The notes under the pieces: generated by a model
What the model saw: only the letters and a program-made list of their open reading frames with translations
Databases searched by the model: none
Told to the model about the DNA's origin: nothing
Program-made: the position numbers and the translations under genes
Shown here: positions 1-18,837 of the stretch, piece after piece
How positions within the stretch are numbered: the first letter of the stretch is position 1
How the letters are laid out: every line of letters starts with the position of its first letter
NCBI GenBank assembly: GCA_963814395.1
Contig: CAWFCS010000004.1
Location: forward strand, 20,862 to 84,861
Direction of reading: 5' to 3'
DNA: 64,000 nucleotides
DNA from: an uncultured Acidobacteriota bacterium
GTDB lineage: Bacteria > Acidobacteriota > Vicinamibacteria > Vicinamibacterales > UBA2999

Positions 1-3609
<3,609 letters not shown>

Positions 3610-3664
3610 CCGCGCTGAACTTCGCCCCTGGGCGGGCCGTATGTTCAGGGTGGGGGCAAGGCAC

Positions 3665-4489
3665 ATGCGTTCACTGAGAACCCGCGCGACGCTCGCGTCG
3701 CTCTTACTGGCGGTTGCAGTCGCGGCTTCGGCCGGATGCGACGTGAAGATGGCCGCCGACGGCGACCTGTCCGTCGACATGTGGCATGGGCAGGCGCAAG
3801 ACACCTGGACCCGCAGCTATACCCTGGCGCCCGGTGGGCATCTGGACGTGATCAACGTGAACGGCCAGATCACGGCCGAGGCCTCGGATGGCGCCACCGT
3901 CGAGGTGCATGCCGAGCGGTCGGCGTCGGCCGCTTCCGACGAGGCCGCCAAGGACCTGCTGGCCACGATCGAGATGCGCGAGGAGGTGAGCGCAGAGCGG
4001 GTGCGGGTGGCCACCATCGCCCCGCGGGTGCGCCTCGGCAACCACAAGGTCACCTACACCATCAAGGTGCCCAAGGGCGTGCACGTCGACCTGCGTACCG
4101 TCAATGGCGGCGTCAGGCTCGAAAACGTGGGTGGGGAGGTGCGGGCCTCCACGACCAACGGCGGCGTGCGCGGCCGCGTCGCGGCGGCGTCGCTGGTCGA
4201 GGCGCGCACCACCAATGGCGGCGTCGAACTCGAGCTGACCGGGGCGCTCACGGCCGACGGCCGCGTGTTGCTCTCGAGCGTCAACGGCGGCGTGCAGTTG
4301 AAGGTGCCCGAAGACACGAAGGCCCAGGTGCGCGCGCGCTGCACCAACGGGCGGGTCAGCGTCGACGATCTGCCGTTCACGGCCGAAGGGGAGCAGACCC
4401 GGCGCCGGCTCGACGGCACGATCAACGGCGGGGGCGGCCGCATCGAGCTCCAGACGACCAACGGCGGCGTCTCGCTCGGCCGGTCCTGA
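3665..4489 (+). CDS. DUF4097-like putative adhesin lipoprotein
   Basis: Signal peptide with lipobox LAVAVAASAGC, then repeated (T)TNGGV / VNGGV beta-strand motifs typical of DUF4097. The start could also be the ATG at 3641. Confidence 0.65.
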   Translation: MRSLRTRATLASLLLAVAVAASAGCDVKMAADGDLSVDMWHGQAQDTWTRSYTLAPGGHLDVINVNGQITAEASDGATVEVHAERSASAASDEAAKDLLATIEMREEVSAERVRVATIAPRVRLGNHKVTYTIKVPKGVHVDLRTVNGGVRLENVGGEVRASTTNGGVRGRVAAASLVEARTTNGGVELELTGALTADGRVLLSSVNGGVQLKVPEDTKAQVRARCTNGRVSVDDLPFTAEGEQTRRRLDGTINGGGGRIELQTTNGGVSLGRS

Positions 4490-4567
4490 CCGGGGCCGGC
4501 CTGCGCGTAGACCGTTGTCCCAAAGGCGGCGAGTGTCGTACGCTTCGCGGACGAGCATGAGTCCGCC

Positions 4568-5731
4568 GTGAACGAAGACAAGTCCACCCGGTACCACCGC
4601 CGCCGCCGTCGTGCGGACTTCGCGGGCACCGTTCTCGTGGGCGCCTTCCTGTTCGTGATTGCCATCTCAGGGATGGCGGCGGCGTTTCGCAGCGCGGCCG
4701 AATGGCTCACGGCATGGCTGCCCGGCATGCTGGCGCCCGGTGCCAGCATGGCCCTCTTCCTGGCCGGCCTGGTCGCCACCGTGCAGGCCCTCGAGTTGCC
4801 GTTTGCCTGGTATCAGAGCTACTGGCTCGAGCGGCGCTACGGTCTTTCCACGCAGATTCTGGCGCACTGGCTCGCCGATCACGTGAAGGCCGTCACCGTC
4901 AGCAGCGCGGTCATGGTGGCTGGCGTCTGGGCGGTCTACCTCTGCATGCGCTGGTGGCCGTCGGCCTGGTGGCTGGTGGCGGCCACCGCCTTCACGCTCG
5001 CCATGGTAGTGCTGGCGCGGCTGGCGCCCATTCTGCTGCTGCCGGTGTTCTACCGGGTGCGGCCGCTGCGCCGGCCGGGCCTGTCGGAGCGCCTGCTGCG
5101 CCTCGCCGAGCGCGCCGGCGCGCCGGTGATCGGCGTCTACGAGTGGGTGATCGCCGGGCACACGCGCAAGGCCAACGCCGCGCTCGCCGGGATTGGCCGC
5201 TCGCGGCGCATCCTGCTCTCGGACACGATGCTCGATGCCTACTCCGACGAGGAAATCGAGGTGGTGCTGGCACATGAGCTCGCGCACCACGTGCACCACG
5301 ACCTGTGGACCAGCATGTTGCTGCGGACGGCCACCCTGTTCGGCGGCTTCTACGTGGCCGCTGCGACCATCGCGGCCGTCACGCCGTGGCTCGGCCTGCG
5401 GGGACCGGCCGACGTGGCGGGGGCGCCCGTGCTGCTGCTCGTGGCGGGCGCGCTGTCGTTCTTGATGCTGCCCGTGGGCAACGCCCTGTCGCGGGCCCAG
5501 GAACGGCGGGCCGACCAGTACGCCCTGCGCCTCACCGGCAACCCGCACGCCTTCGTCACGGCCATGCGGCGCCTCGGGCAGCAGAACCTCGCCGAGGACC
5601 GCCCGTCGGCGCTGGCCCGCTGGCTGTTCTACTCGCACCCGCCCATGCGCGAACGCATCGCGGCCGCAGAGGCGTGGGGCGGCGTCGCGCCGGCGTTACC
5701 CGCGCATGGCATCATCGCCGGCAAGGAGTGA
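4568..5731 (+). CDS. M48 family zinc metallopeptidase (Ste24/HtpX-like), integral membrane
   Basis: Several hydrophobic N-terminal segments. HEXXH motif LAHELAHHVHHD followed by the downstream E/R-rich M48 region (ERRADQYA). GTG start. Confidence 0.8.
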   Translation: MNEDKSTRYHRRRRRADFAGTVLVGAFLFVIAISGMAAAFRSAAEWLTAWLPGMLAPGASMALFLAGLVATVQALELPFAWYQSYWLERRYGLSTQILAHWLADHVKAVTVSSAVMVAGVWAVYLCMRWWPSAWWLVAATAFTLAMVVLARLAPILLLPVFYRVRPLRRPGLSERLLRLAERAGAPVIGVYEWVIAGHTRKANAALAGIGRSRRILLSDTMLDAYSDEEIEVVLAHELAHHVHHDLWTSMLLRTATLFGGFYVAAATIAAVTPWLGLRGPADVAGAPVLLLVAGALSFLMLPVGNALSRAQERRADQYALRLTGNPHAFVTAMRRLGQQNLAEDRPSALARWLFYSHPPMRERIAAAEAWGGVAPALPAHGIIAGKE

Positions 5732-5735
5732 GCGG

Positions 5736-6662
5736 ATGCACCATTGGCAGCACACGATGTGGATCATGACGCTGGTGGCGGCCGCGGGGGCGGGCATGCC
5801 GGCGGCCGAGGGGCGCAAGCTGAACGTGGCCCATCGCGGCGCCTCGGCCTACGCGCCCGAGCACACGCTCGAGGCCTACGACCTGGCCATCACCCAAGGC
5901 GCCGACTTCGTGGAACAGGATTTGGCGGTCACGAAGGACGGCGTGCTCATCTGCCTGCACGACCCCTCGCTCGAGCGGACGACCGATGTCGAAGAGCGCT
6001 TTCCCGATCGCTCCAGCACGGTCACCGTCGAGGGACGCCCGCGCCGGGTGTGGCTGGCCAACGACTTCACGCTCGCCGAGATCAAGACGCTCGACGCCGG
6101 CTCCTGGTTCGCCGCCAAGTACGCCGGCGCGCGCGTGCCGACCTTCGACGAGGCGGTGGCGCGCATCCGCGGCAAGGCGGGCCTCTACCCTGAGCTGAAG
6201 ACGCCGGAGATCTACGAGGGCCGGAATGTCGACTTCGTGGCGCTGGTCGAGCAGGCGCTCGACCGCCTTGCGCTGCGCGGTGCGAAGGCCGACGCGAAGA
6301 CGCCCGTGATTCTGCAGACGTTCGGCGCCTCCACGGCCCGGGCGCTCGCCGCCCGCCGCATCGGCGTGCCGGTGGTGTTGCTCATTGGCGGCGTGCCGCC
6401 CACGTGGGATCCGCGCGCCGCCGTCGCCGAGTGGAAGGGCGTCGTGGCTGGCTTCGGGCCGGCCAAGGGGATCGTGACGAAGCACCCGGAGTTCGTGCGC
6501 CTGGCTCACGAGGCGGGCCTCACGGTCACGCCCTACACGTTCACGACGAAGACCCCGGCGGAGCAGACCTCGGTGGCCGCCGAGATGGAGCACTTCCTCT
6601 ACATACTCGGGGTGGACGCGGTGTTCACCGACAACCCCGACAAGTTCCCGCGCCGCCCCTAG
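5736..6662 (+). CDS. glycerophosphodiester phosphodiesterase (GlpQ/UgpQ family), secreted
   Basis: GDPD motifs NVAHRGASAYAPEHTLEAY, FVEQDLAVTKDGVLICLHD and YPELK. AAGGAG lies 7 nt before the ATG at 5736. N-terminal signal-like segment. Confidence 0.85.
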   Translation: MHHWQHTMWIMTLVAAAGAGMPAAEGRKLNVAHRGASAYAPEHTLEAYDLAITQGADFVEQDLAVTKDGVLICLHDPSLERTTDVEERFPDRSSTVTVEGRPRRVWLANDFTLAEIKTLDAGSWFAAKYAGARVPTFDEAVARIRGKAGLYPELKTPEIYEGRNVDFVALVEQALDRLALRGAKADAKTPVILQTFGASTARALAARRIGVPVVLLIGGVPPTWDPRAAVAEWKGVVAGFGPAKGIVTKHPEFVRLAHEAGLTVTPYTFTTKTPAEQTSVAAEMEHFLYILGVDAVFTDNPDKFPRRP

Positions 6663-6690
6663 CGCGGACAGCGCCGCATGCCGGCCGAAA

Positions 6691-7075
6691 TCAACGACCG
6701 GTGACCACGAGCGTGCCCTTCATGGTGCGGCACTGGGGGTCGCTCGACAGGCTGCAGTAGGTACTCGAACCGGCCCACCTGGTCGGCGCGGAACTCGAAG
6801 GTGATCACTTCACCGGCGCCGGCGCGCTTCATCACCCGGTAGGCGTCGATCGCGAAGCTGTGCGGCCCGCCCTCGCTGCGCAGGGTGATCGTGACGAGAT
6901 CGTTCTTCGCGACCTCGAGTCGATCGGGGTCGAAGCGCCCGTCCTTGGCCACGACCGTGAACGCCCGCCGGGTCGGCGCCACTTCTTGTGACGTCACTGC
7001 GCCTGACGGGCCCGCCAGGGCGGTCGTGAGGACGGGCAGGGCGGCGAACACGACCGCGAGCAGGCGGAGAGCCAT
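6691..7075 (-). pseudogene. small secreted cupredoxin-like protein, one +1 frameshift near 6760
   Basis: Signal peptide plus a cupredoxin-like body (DLVTITLRSEGGPHSFAID..GEVITFEFRADQVGRFEY). After one extra base at GAGTAC-C-TACTGC the frame continues YCSLSSDPQCRTMKGTLVVTGR to the stop at 6691-6693. The length is 3n+1. Confidence 0.55.
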
Positions 7076-7087
7076 GGAGGGATTGTA

Positions 7088-7264
7088 GGGGGACTGGGGG
7101 CTGGAGGCTAGGGGCTGGGGTGGGTCTCAAGAAAGACGAAGGGCCGGAAGCAAATGCTCCCGGCCCTTCGTTGTGAGTGTCGAACCTGGGTGTCACACCG
7201 TCACCGTGGCGTGCCTTGGTCCCCAGTCCCGAGTCCCTAGTCCCGCCGCGCCCTAAGGCGCGGC
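7088..7264. repeat. composite palindromic intergenic element: G-rich heptamer array, conserved hairpin, C-rich heptamer array, small hairpin
   Basis: 7088-7124 reads GGGGACT GGGGGCT GGAGGCT AGGGGCT GGGGTGG. 7136-7171 is a 12-bp perfect stem (ACGAAGGGCCGG/CCGGCCCTTCGT). 7218-7244 is the complement of GGGACTA GGGACTC GGGACTG GGGACC. 7245-7264 is GCCGCGCC-ctaa-GGCGCGGC. The core matches the element at 58116-58267. Confidence 0.8.
7125..7171 (-). terminator. rho-independent terminator downstream of pnp
   Basis: A 12-bp GC-rich perfect stem at 7136-7147 / 7160-7171. On the minus strand it is followed by CTTTCTT (complement of 7125-7135). Confidence 0.6.
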
Positions 7265-7267
7265 TGA

Positions 7268-9466
<2,199 letters not shown>

Positions 9467-9574
9467 TGGAAACCTCGATGCCGGGGTCACGTTCCCCGGG
9501 CTTGTCGGCGCGACGGCGCGGAGCCTTCGCCTGGTGCGAGAAGCCCCGCCGCCGCCGGTATTGCGGTGTGGTCG

Positions 9575-9618
9575 CCAGGCACGGATCCGGACCGGACGAG
9601 CCGGTGCGGCCGTGCCGG
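9575..9618 (-). promoter_or_regulatory. stem-loop in the rpsO-pnp intergenic region (candidate rpsO terminator or pnp leader processing hairpin)
   Basis: Outer pairing GGCACGG (9578-9584) with CCGTGCC (9610-9616), plus CC/GG across one bulge. Inner stem ACCGG-acgag-CCGGT (9591-9605). It lies directly after the rpsO stop. The function is assigned only by analogy with the E. coli rpsO-pnp leader. Confidence 0.3.
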
Positions 9619-9625
9619 ACGACAG

Positions 9626-9895
9626 TTACTTGCGGATACCGAGTCGCTTGATCAGCTCAGCGTACCGGTCGGTGTCCTTGCTCTTCAGGTAGTCGAGCAG
9701 GCGCCGGCGCTGGCCGACGAGTTTCAGGAGGCCGCGGCGCGAGTGGTGGTCCTTCGCGTGGCTCTTGAAGTGCTCGGTCAGGTAGGTGATGCGTTCGCTC
9801 AGAATCGCGACTTGCACCTCGGGAGAACCCGTATCGGTTCCGTGTGTGCGGTAGGAGCCGATGACTTCGGTCTTCTTGTCTTTCGTCAGTGCCAC
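9626..9895 (-). CDS. rpsO: 30S ribosomal protein S15
   Basis: 89 aa reading [72 protein letters not shown] start at 9895 is preceded by GGAGG with a 5-nt spacer. Confidence 0.95.
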   Translation of the reverse strand: MALTKDKKTEVIGSYRTHGTDTGSPEVQVAILSERITYLTEHFKSHAKDHHSRRGLLKLVGQRRRLLDYLKSKDTDRYAELIKRLGIRK

Positions 9896-9985
9896 GTCTG
9901 CCTCCACGCACGGCCCAGAGCACGGTCTGCCGCCGCTCCACGCCGCCGTATGTCTGCGGGTTCGTCCGCAGGTTGACCGTTCATC

Positions 9986-10897
9986 TTAGCCCAGGATCAC
10001 AACGGGCTGCAAAGTGTCCGGGCGCCGCGGCCTGCCGGCGAGCGGCGACCTCGGCCTCGGCGATGCCGATGAGCCGTGCATCCTCGTCCAGGAGCCGGAC
10101 GGGCCCAGACAGGGCGCCGGCTGGGCCTGCCGCTTGCACGGTTTGGCCATGCCGGACGCGCGCCGCGTCGTCGGCCGACAGCACCACGGCTGGCAGGTTG
10201 GGAAGCAGACGGTCGATCGGCAACAGGCCGGCCGCGGCGGCCTCGCCGCCCCGAGCCAGCACCTCCCACGACAGCGCATCGGCCAAGGCGAAGGCGCCGG
10301 CCTGAGTGCGGCGCAACGCCGACAGATGCGCGCCGGTGCCGAGCCGTTCACCCAGGTCGTGGGCCAGGGACCGCACGTAGAAGCCCGCCGACGCCCGCAC
10401 CGAGAGGGTGGCCACGCCCTCGGCGTAGTGGCCGAGCGTGAGGTCGTGCACCACGACGGCCACGGGCGCGAGCGCGACGGGCAGGTCGCGGCGCGCCAGC
10501 TTGTAGGCGGCTTCGCCACCCACCTTCTTGGCGGAGTAGGCCGGCGGTTGCTGCAGGAAAGGCCCGGTGAAGCCCGCCAGTGCGGCGGCCAGGGCCGCTT
10601 CGCTCCGGATGCTGGCCGGTCTCGGAGGTGGTGGCGCCGAGGGCGTCGTAGGTGTCGGTCGCTCGGCCGAACGTGACGTGGGCGTCGTAGCTCTTCACGT
10701 CGCCCGCCATGTAGCGGGCCAAGCCGGGTGGCGCGGCCGACCACCAGCACGAGCACGCCGGTTGCCATGGGATCGAGCGTGCCCGTGTGGCCGACCTTGG
10801 GCGTGCGGAGGGCGCGGCGCGCCACGGCCACCACGTCGTGGGAGGTGGGCCCCGCAGGCTTGTCGACGACGAGGACGCCGTCGGCGGCCGGGCTCAC
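9986..10897 (-). pseudogene. truB: tRNA pseudouridine(55) synthase TruB, three +1 frameshifts in this assembly
   Basis: The N-terminus [32 protein letters not shown] is in one frame. [25 protein letters not shown] is in the next, and [40 protein letters not shown] in the third. The tail TLQPVVILG returns to the first frame. Breaks are near 10718, 10606 and 10018. GTG start overlaps the nrnA stop (GTGA). Total length is 3n. Confidence 0.85.
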
Positions 10898-11892
10898 GCG
10901 CCGTCCGCGTCGGCTACGGCGCGTTCGAGCGCCCGCAGCACGTCGGCGCGCACCACGTCGAGCGGGCCCGCGCAGCGCGCACGCCGCGGCATTGCGGTGG
11001 CCACCGCCACCGCGTTCGCGCGCGATGCTGCCGATGTCGACCGCACCCTTCGAGCGCAGGCTCACGCGCCAGTGCTCGGGCGACTCGGCCTGCTTGAAGA
11101 AGGCCACGGCGCAGAGCGTCGTTCACCGACAGCGGGAAAGTTGATCAGCCCGTCGGTGTCGTCGTAGCTGCCGCCGGCGGCCGCGGCCATCTCCGGCGTG
11201 ACGGCCAGCAGCGCGATCCGCCCGTGCGCGTCGACGATCATCTCCGAGAGCACGCGGCCGAAGAGATGCACCCGCGCCATGCGGTTGCTGTCGTAGTGCG
11301 TGCGCGCAATCCACACCGGGTCGGCGCCGGCCTCGACGCAGCGCGCGGCGATGTCGAAGGTGCGCGCCGTGATGTGCGAGAAGTGGAACGACCCGGTGTC
11401 GGTCAGGATGGCGAGATAGAGGTGCGTCGCGATGGCCGGCGTGAGCGGCACGCCGAGGGCGACGATCAGGTCGTAGGCCAGCTCGCCGCAGGCCGCTGCC
11501 GATTCATCGACCCAGTTCTCGGCGCCGTAGCGCGCGTTGCCGGGATGGTGGTCGACATTGAGCACGGGCGAGCGGTCGAGGCCGCTGACTCCGGTGCGCG
11601 CCAGCTCGCTGCACTCCATGATCACGGCCGCGTCGAAGGTCTCGCTGACGTCGCGCGTGACCCACACGCCGTCCACCTCGGGAAAGGGGAGGAGCGCGGG
11701 TGGCGGCGTGTCGCACATCACCATGCGGGCGTCCTTGCCGAGGGCGCGCAGGGCCAGCACGAGTGCCATGCCCGAGCCGATGGCGTCGCCGTCGGGCCGT
11801 TCGTGTGAGGACACGACGATGCGGGTCGCGGCGTGGAGCCGCGCCACGATGGCGTCGAGCTCCGGCCGGTCAGCGCGCCGGGTCGGCATCAT
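10894..11892 (-). pseudogene. nrnA: DHH/DHHA1 phosphoesterase (NrnA-like oligoribonuclease/pAp phosphatase), three +1 frameshifts
   Basis: DHH motifs SHERPDGDAIGS, NVDHHPGN and DTGSFHF. After breaks near 11134 and 11110 the sequence reads [39 protein letters not shown] (DHHA1). After a break near 10965 it reads [22 protein letters not shown] then stop. Length is 3n. Confidence 0.8.
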
Positions 11893-12352
11893 CGGCGGGC
11901 GCCGCCGGAGCGCCGGCGGGGACTGGATCGGACGGGGCCGGATCGGCCGGCAGCGGATCGGATGGAGCCGCGTTCGCCCCGCCGGCCGTCTCACCGCGCG
12001 CGGCATCCGCCTCGTGAATCTCGTGCAGAATCTCTTCTACGCGCTGGTGCGCCGCCAGGCCTTCGTCGTAGTGGAACGCCACCTCGGGCACCCGCCGCAG
12101 CGTGAGCCGCGTGGCCAGCACGTGGCGCACGAAGGGGGCCGCGCGCTGCAGCGCCTTGGTCGTGCGCTTCTTCTCGGCGGCGTCGCCGAACAGCGTCCAG
12201 TAGACGCGCGCGAGCGACAAATCGGGCGAGACCTTGACCCGGCTGACGGTCACGAGTCCCACGCCCGGGTCGGCGATGTCGGTGGCCAGGATCTGGCTCA
12301 CCTCTTCGCGCAGTTGTTCCGCGATCCGCTCGATGCGATGGGTGAGGGGCAT
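11870..12352 (-). CDS. rbfA: ribosome-binding factor A
   Basis: RIERIAEQLREEVSQIL..DPGVGLVTVSRVKVSPDLSLARVYWT is typical RbfA. It carries an acidic Pro/Ala-rich C-terminal extension. Confidence 0.9.
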   Translation of the reverse strand: MPLTHRIERIAEQLREEVSQILATDIADPGVGLVTVSRVKVSPDLSLARVYWTLFGDAAEKKRTTKALQRAAPFVRHVLATRLTLRRVPEVAFHYDEGLAAHQRVEEILHEIHEADAARGETAGGANAAPSDPLPADPAPSDPVPAGAPAAPADDADPAR

Positions 12353-12361
12353 GTCTCTATT

Positions 12362-12386
12362 CTAGGGGCTAGGGCTGGTCCCCAGC
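12362..12386. repeat. short heptamer-type tract (two units) with a mini hairpin between infB and rbfA
   Basis: The plus strand reads CTAGGGGCTAGGGCTGGTCCCCAGC. It holds two CTAG-containing units and a GCTGG-tcc-CCAGC hairpin. The C-rich version is on the mRNA-sense (minus) strand. Confidence 0.4.
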
Positions 12387-12418
12387 ACTCCGGCGACGTG
12401 CCCGTGTCGGCAGCGAGC

Positions 12419-15332
<2,914 letters not shown>

Positions 15333-15407
15333 CAGTCACCCCTGGTATACGCGTTCCCGTGCCGGCACCCGTCGGACAGACGTCCGGCAGGTCGATGCCG
15401 CGTGCTG

Positions 15408-16632
<1,225 letters not shown>

Positions 16633-16637
16633 GTTCC

Positions 16638-17114
16638 TCAAAACTCCACTTCGAGACGGGCTCGCTTGATCACGCGCAAGGGCAGGCGTTGCAGCTTGCC
16701 CCCGACCGCTTCAAACAGCACATCGTCGCCATCCACACCGCGCAGGTGCCCCGCAAACGCCGTCTGCCTGGCCACCGGCTCGGCGGTGACGATCTTCGCA
16801 AACCGTCCCGCGAACCGCTCGTAGTCGCCTCGTGACCGGAGCGGCCTGTCGAGCCCCGGCGACGACACTTCCAACGTGTACTCGGCGGGCACGACGTCTT
16901 CGACGTCGAGCACCGCACTCAACTCTTCGCTCACCTTCGCGCAGTGCTCGAGGCTGACGCTGTCCTCGGCGGTGGCCGAGGGGCCAGGCCGATCGAGCAC
17001 CACCCGCAGCACGTTCCGGCCGCTTTCGCGGCCGTAGGTCACGTCGAACAACTCGAGTCCATACACCCCGGCCATGGTCGCCGCGAGCTCCCGAATCCGT
17101 TCAAGTGACGTCAC
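16638..17114 (-). CDS. rimP: ribosome maturation factor RimP
   Basis: 158 aa with LEVSSPGLDRPL and a C-terminal Sm-like region. Its position immediately upstream of nusA is conserved. Confidence 0.9.
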   Translation of the reverse strand: MTSLERIRELAATMAGVYGLELFDVTYGRESGRNVLRVVLDRPGPSATAEDSVSLEHCAKVSEELSAVLDVEDVVPAEYTLEVSSPGLDRPLRSRGDYERFAGRFAKIVTAEPVARQTAFAGHLRGVDGDDVLFEAVGGKLQRLPLRVIKRARLEVEF

Positions 17115-17121
17115 TGACTAC

Positions 17122-17155
17122 CTAGAAACAAAAAAGAGTGGGCTACAGCCCACTC
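17122..17155 (-). terminator. rho-independent terminator between rimO and rimP
   Basis: A 9-bp stem AGAGTGGGC-taca-GCCCACTCT at 17134-17155. On the minus strand it is followed by TTTTTGTTTC (complement of 17124-17133). Confidence 0.75.
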
Positions 17156-17204
17156 TGGATTTCCCAGATCAGCACCGGACCCTTGAGTTTAGCATCCTGC
17201 TGGC

Positions 17205-18687
17205 TTACAGGTCCAGGGGCCTAGCGACCAGATCGTAGCCGCTGGGCCCCGACGATTTCCACGTCGAGGAACTGGCCGGGCCGCAAGACCGCCGGATCGG
17301 CCTCGGTCAGGAAGACCTGCGGGTCGATTTCGGGCGCCTGCCCTGAGAGCCGGCCGGTGAAGACCCACTCGTGTTCCGGGGACGGGCCGTCGACGACCAG
17401 ACGCGCACGGGCGCCGACGCGGGCCTTCTGGCGGGCGGCGACCAGCTTCTTCTGCGGTGGCCATCACCTTGCGCTGGCGGCGCGCCTTCTCCGCGGCGGG
17501 CACGTCGTCGGCCAGGTCGAAGGCCGAGGTGTCTTCCTCGTGGCTGTAGGTGAAGACGCCGACGTGGTCGAAGCCCACCGCCGTGATGAAGGCCAGCAGT
17601 TCCTGCACGTCGGCCTCGGTCTCGCCCGGGAAGCCGACGATGAAGGTGGTGCGCAGCGTGACGTCGGGCATCTTCGCCCGGATGTTGCCGAGCAGCCGCT
17701 CGTACGAGGCGCGCGTGCCCGGACGTTTCATGCGCTTCAGCACCGCGTCGGAGGCGTGCTGCAACGGCAGATCGATGTAGCGCACGACCTTCGTGCTGGC
17801 GGCGATGGCGTCGATGGTGGCGTCGGTGATGGTGGTGGGATAGAGATAGAGCAACCGCACCCATTCGATGCCGTCCACGCCGTCGAGCGCCCGGATCAAA
17901 CGCGGCAGGGCATCGCGCTCCTTGCGGTCGATGCCGTAGAAGGTGGTGTCCTGCGAGACCAGCAGCAGTTCCTTGACGCCTCTGGCGGCGAGCATGTGCG
18001 CCTCGTCGACCACCGACTCGATGGTGCGGCTGCGGTAGTGACCGCGCATCTTGGGGATCACGCAGAACGCGCACTTGTAGTCGCAGCCCTCGGCGATCTT
18101 GACGTAGGCGTAGTGGCCGGGGGTGGCCAGACGGCGTGGCGTGGTGGCGTCGTAGAGATAGGTGGGGAGATCCAGGCCGAAGGCAGGGACGAGGGACTGG
18201 GGACTGGGGACTGGGGCGGACTGTCCCGCTGCGGACGCTGTGGCGTGCTCAGCTGTCCAGGAGCACCATCGCTGCGCTCGGCGCTTTCGGATCGCGCTTG
18301 TAGAAGGTCAGGGGCGAGGCGCCGGCTGGCGCGCGCAGCGGTCGAGCCGGGCTGGATGGCCTCGAGGATGTTGGGCACGTCGCCGGTGCCGAGCAGGGCA
18401 TCGATCTCGGGGATTTCCTGCTGCAGTGTGTCGCGGTAGCGCTCGGCCAGGCAGCCGGTGACCACCAGGCGTCCGCCAGTGGCCTTCTTGCGCTCCGCCA
18501 TCTCGAGAATCGTGTCGATCGACTCCTGCTTGGCGCGGTCGATGAAGGCGCAGGTGTTCACGATCACCACGTCGGCGCCGTCGGCGTCGGTCGTGATCTC
18601 GTGCCCGGCCTGCTCGGCCATGCCCAACATCACCTCGGAATCGACGAGGTTCTTGGGGCAGCCGAGGGAGACGAAGCCGATCTTCAC
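17205..18687 (-). pseudogene. rimO: ribosomal protein S12 methylthiotransferase RimO, four +1 frameshifts, with a heptamer array inside the interdomain linker
   Basis: N-terminal MTTase domain [30 protein letters not shown]. Radical-SAM core [28 protein letters not shown]-like end QKKLVAARQ..LVVDGPSPEHEWVFTGRLSGQAPEIDP..GYDLVARPLDL then stop. Breaks sit near 17241 and 17457, plus two within 18255-18365. Length is 3n+1. Confidence 0.85.
18185..18219. repeat. heptamer array inside the rimO coding sequence
   Basis: Plus strand reads GGGACGA GGGACTG GGGACTG GGGACTG GGGCGGA. The sense (minus) strand is C-rich. In the frame that continues into the radical-SAM core it reads [26 protein letters not shown]. 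It contains no CTAG. Confidence 0.85.
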
Positions 18688-18691
18688 GGCA

Positions 18692-18719
18692 GGGACCAGG
18701 GACTGGGGACCGGGGACCA
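18692..18719. repeat. heptamer array 5 nt upstream of the rimO start codon
   Basis: Plus strand reads GGGACCA GGGACTG GGGACCG GGGACCA. Two GCTAGC palindromes at 18742-18747 and 18756-18761, 8 nt apart, follow it. Confidence 0.8.
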
Positions 18720-18837
18720 GACCCCAAGGACGCGGCGGGAGGCTAGCGGTTGGCTGCTAGCGGCGCAAGACATCCCAATACTGTACACCCCCACGGCCGC
18801 CCGTGCCTGTCGTGCTATACATGGCGCGCTCGTTGCC

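Noticed and set aside
9986-11107. A 373-aa ORF that might be taken as a single protein.
   Set aside because: It is a chimera. It contains the DHHA1 end of the nrnA-like gene, the N-terminus of truB and out-of-frame truB sequence, stitched together by frameshifts.
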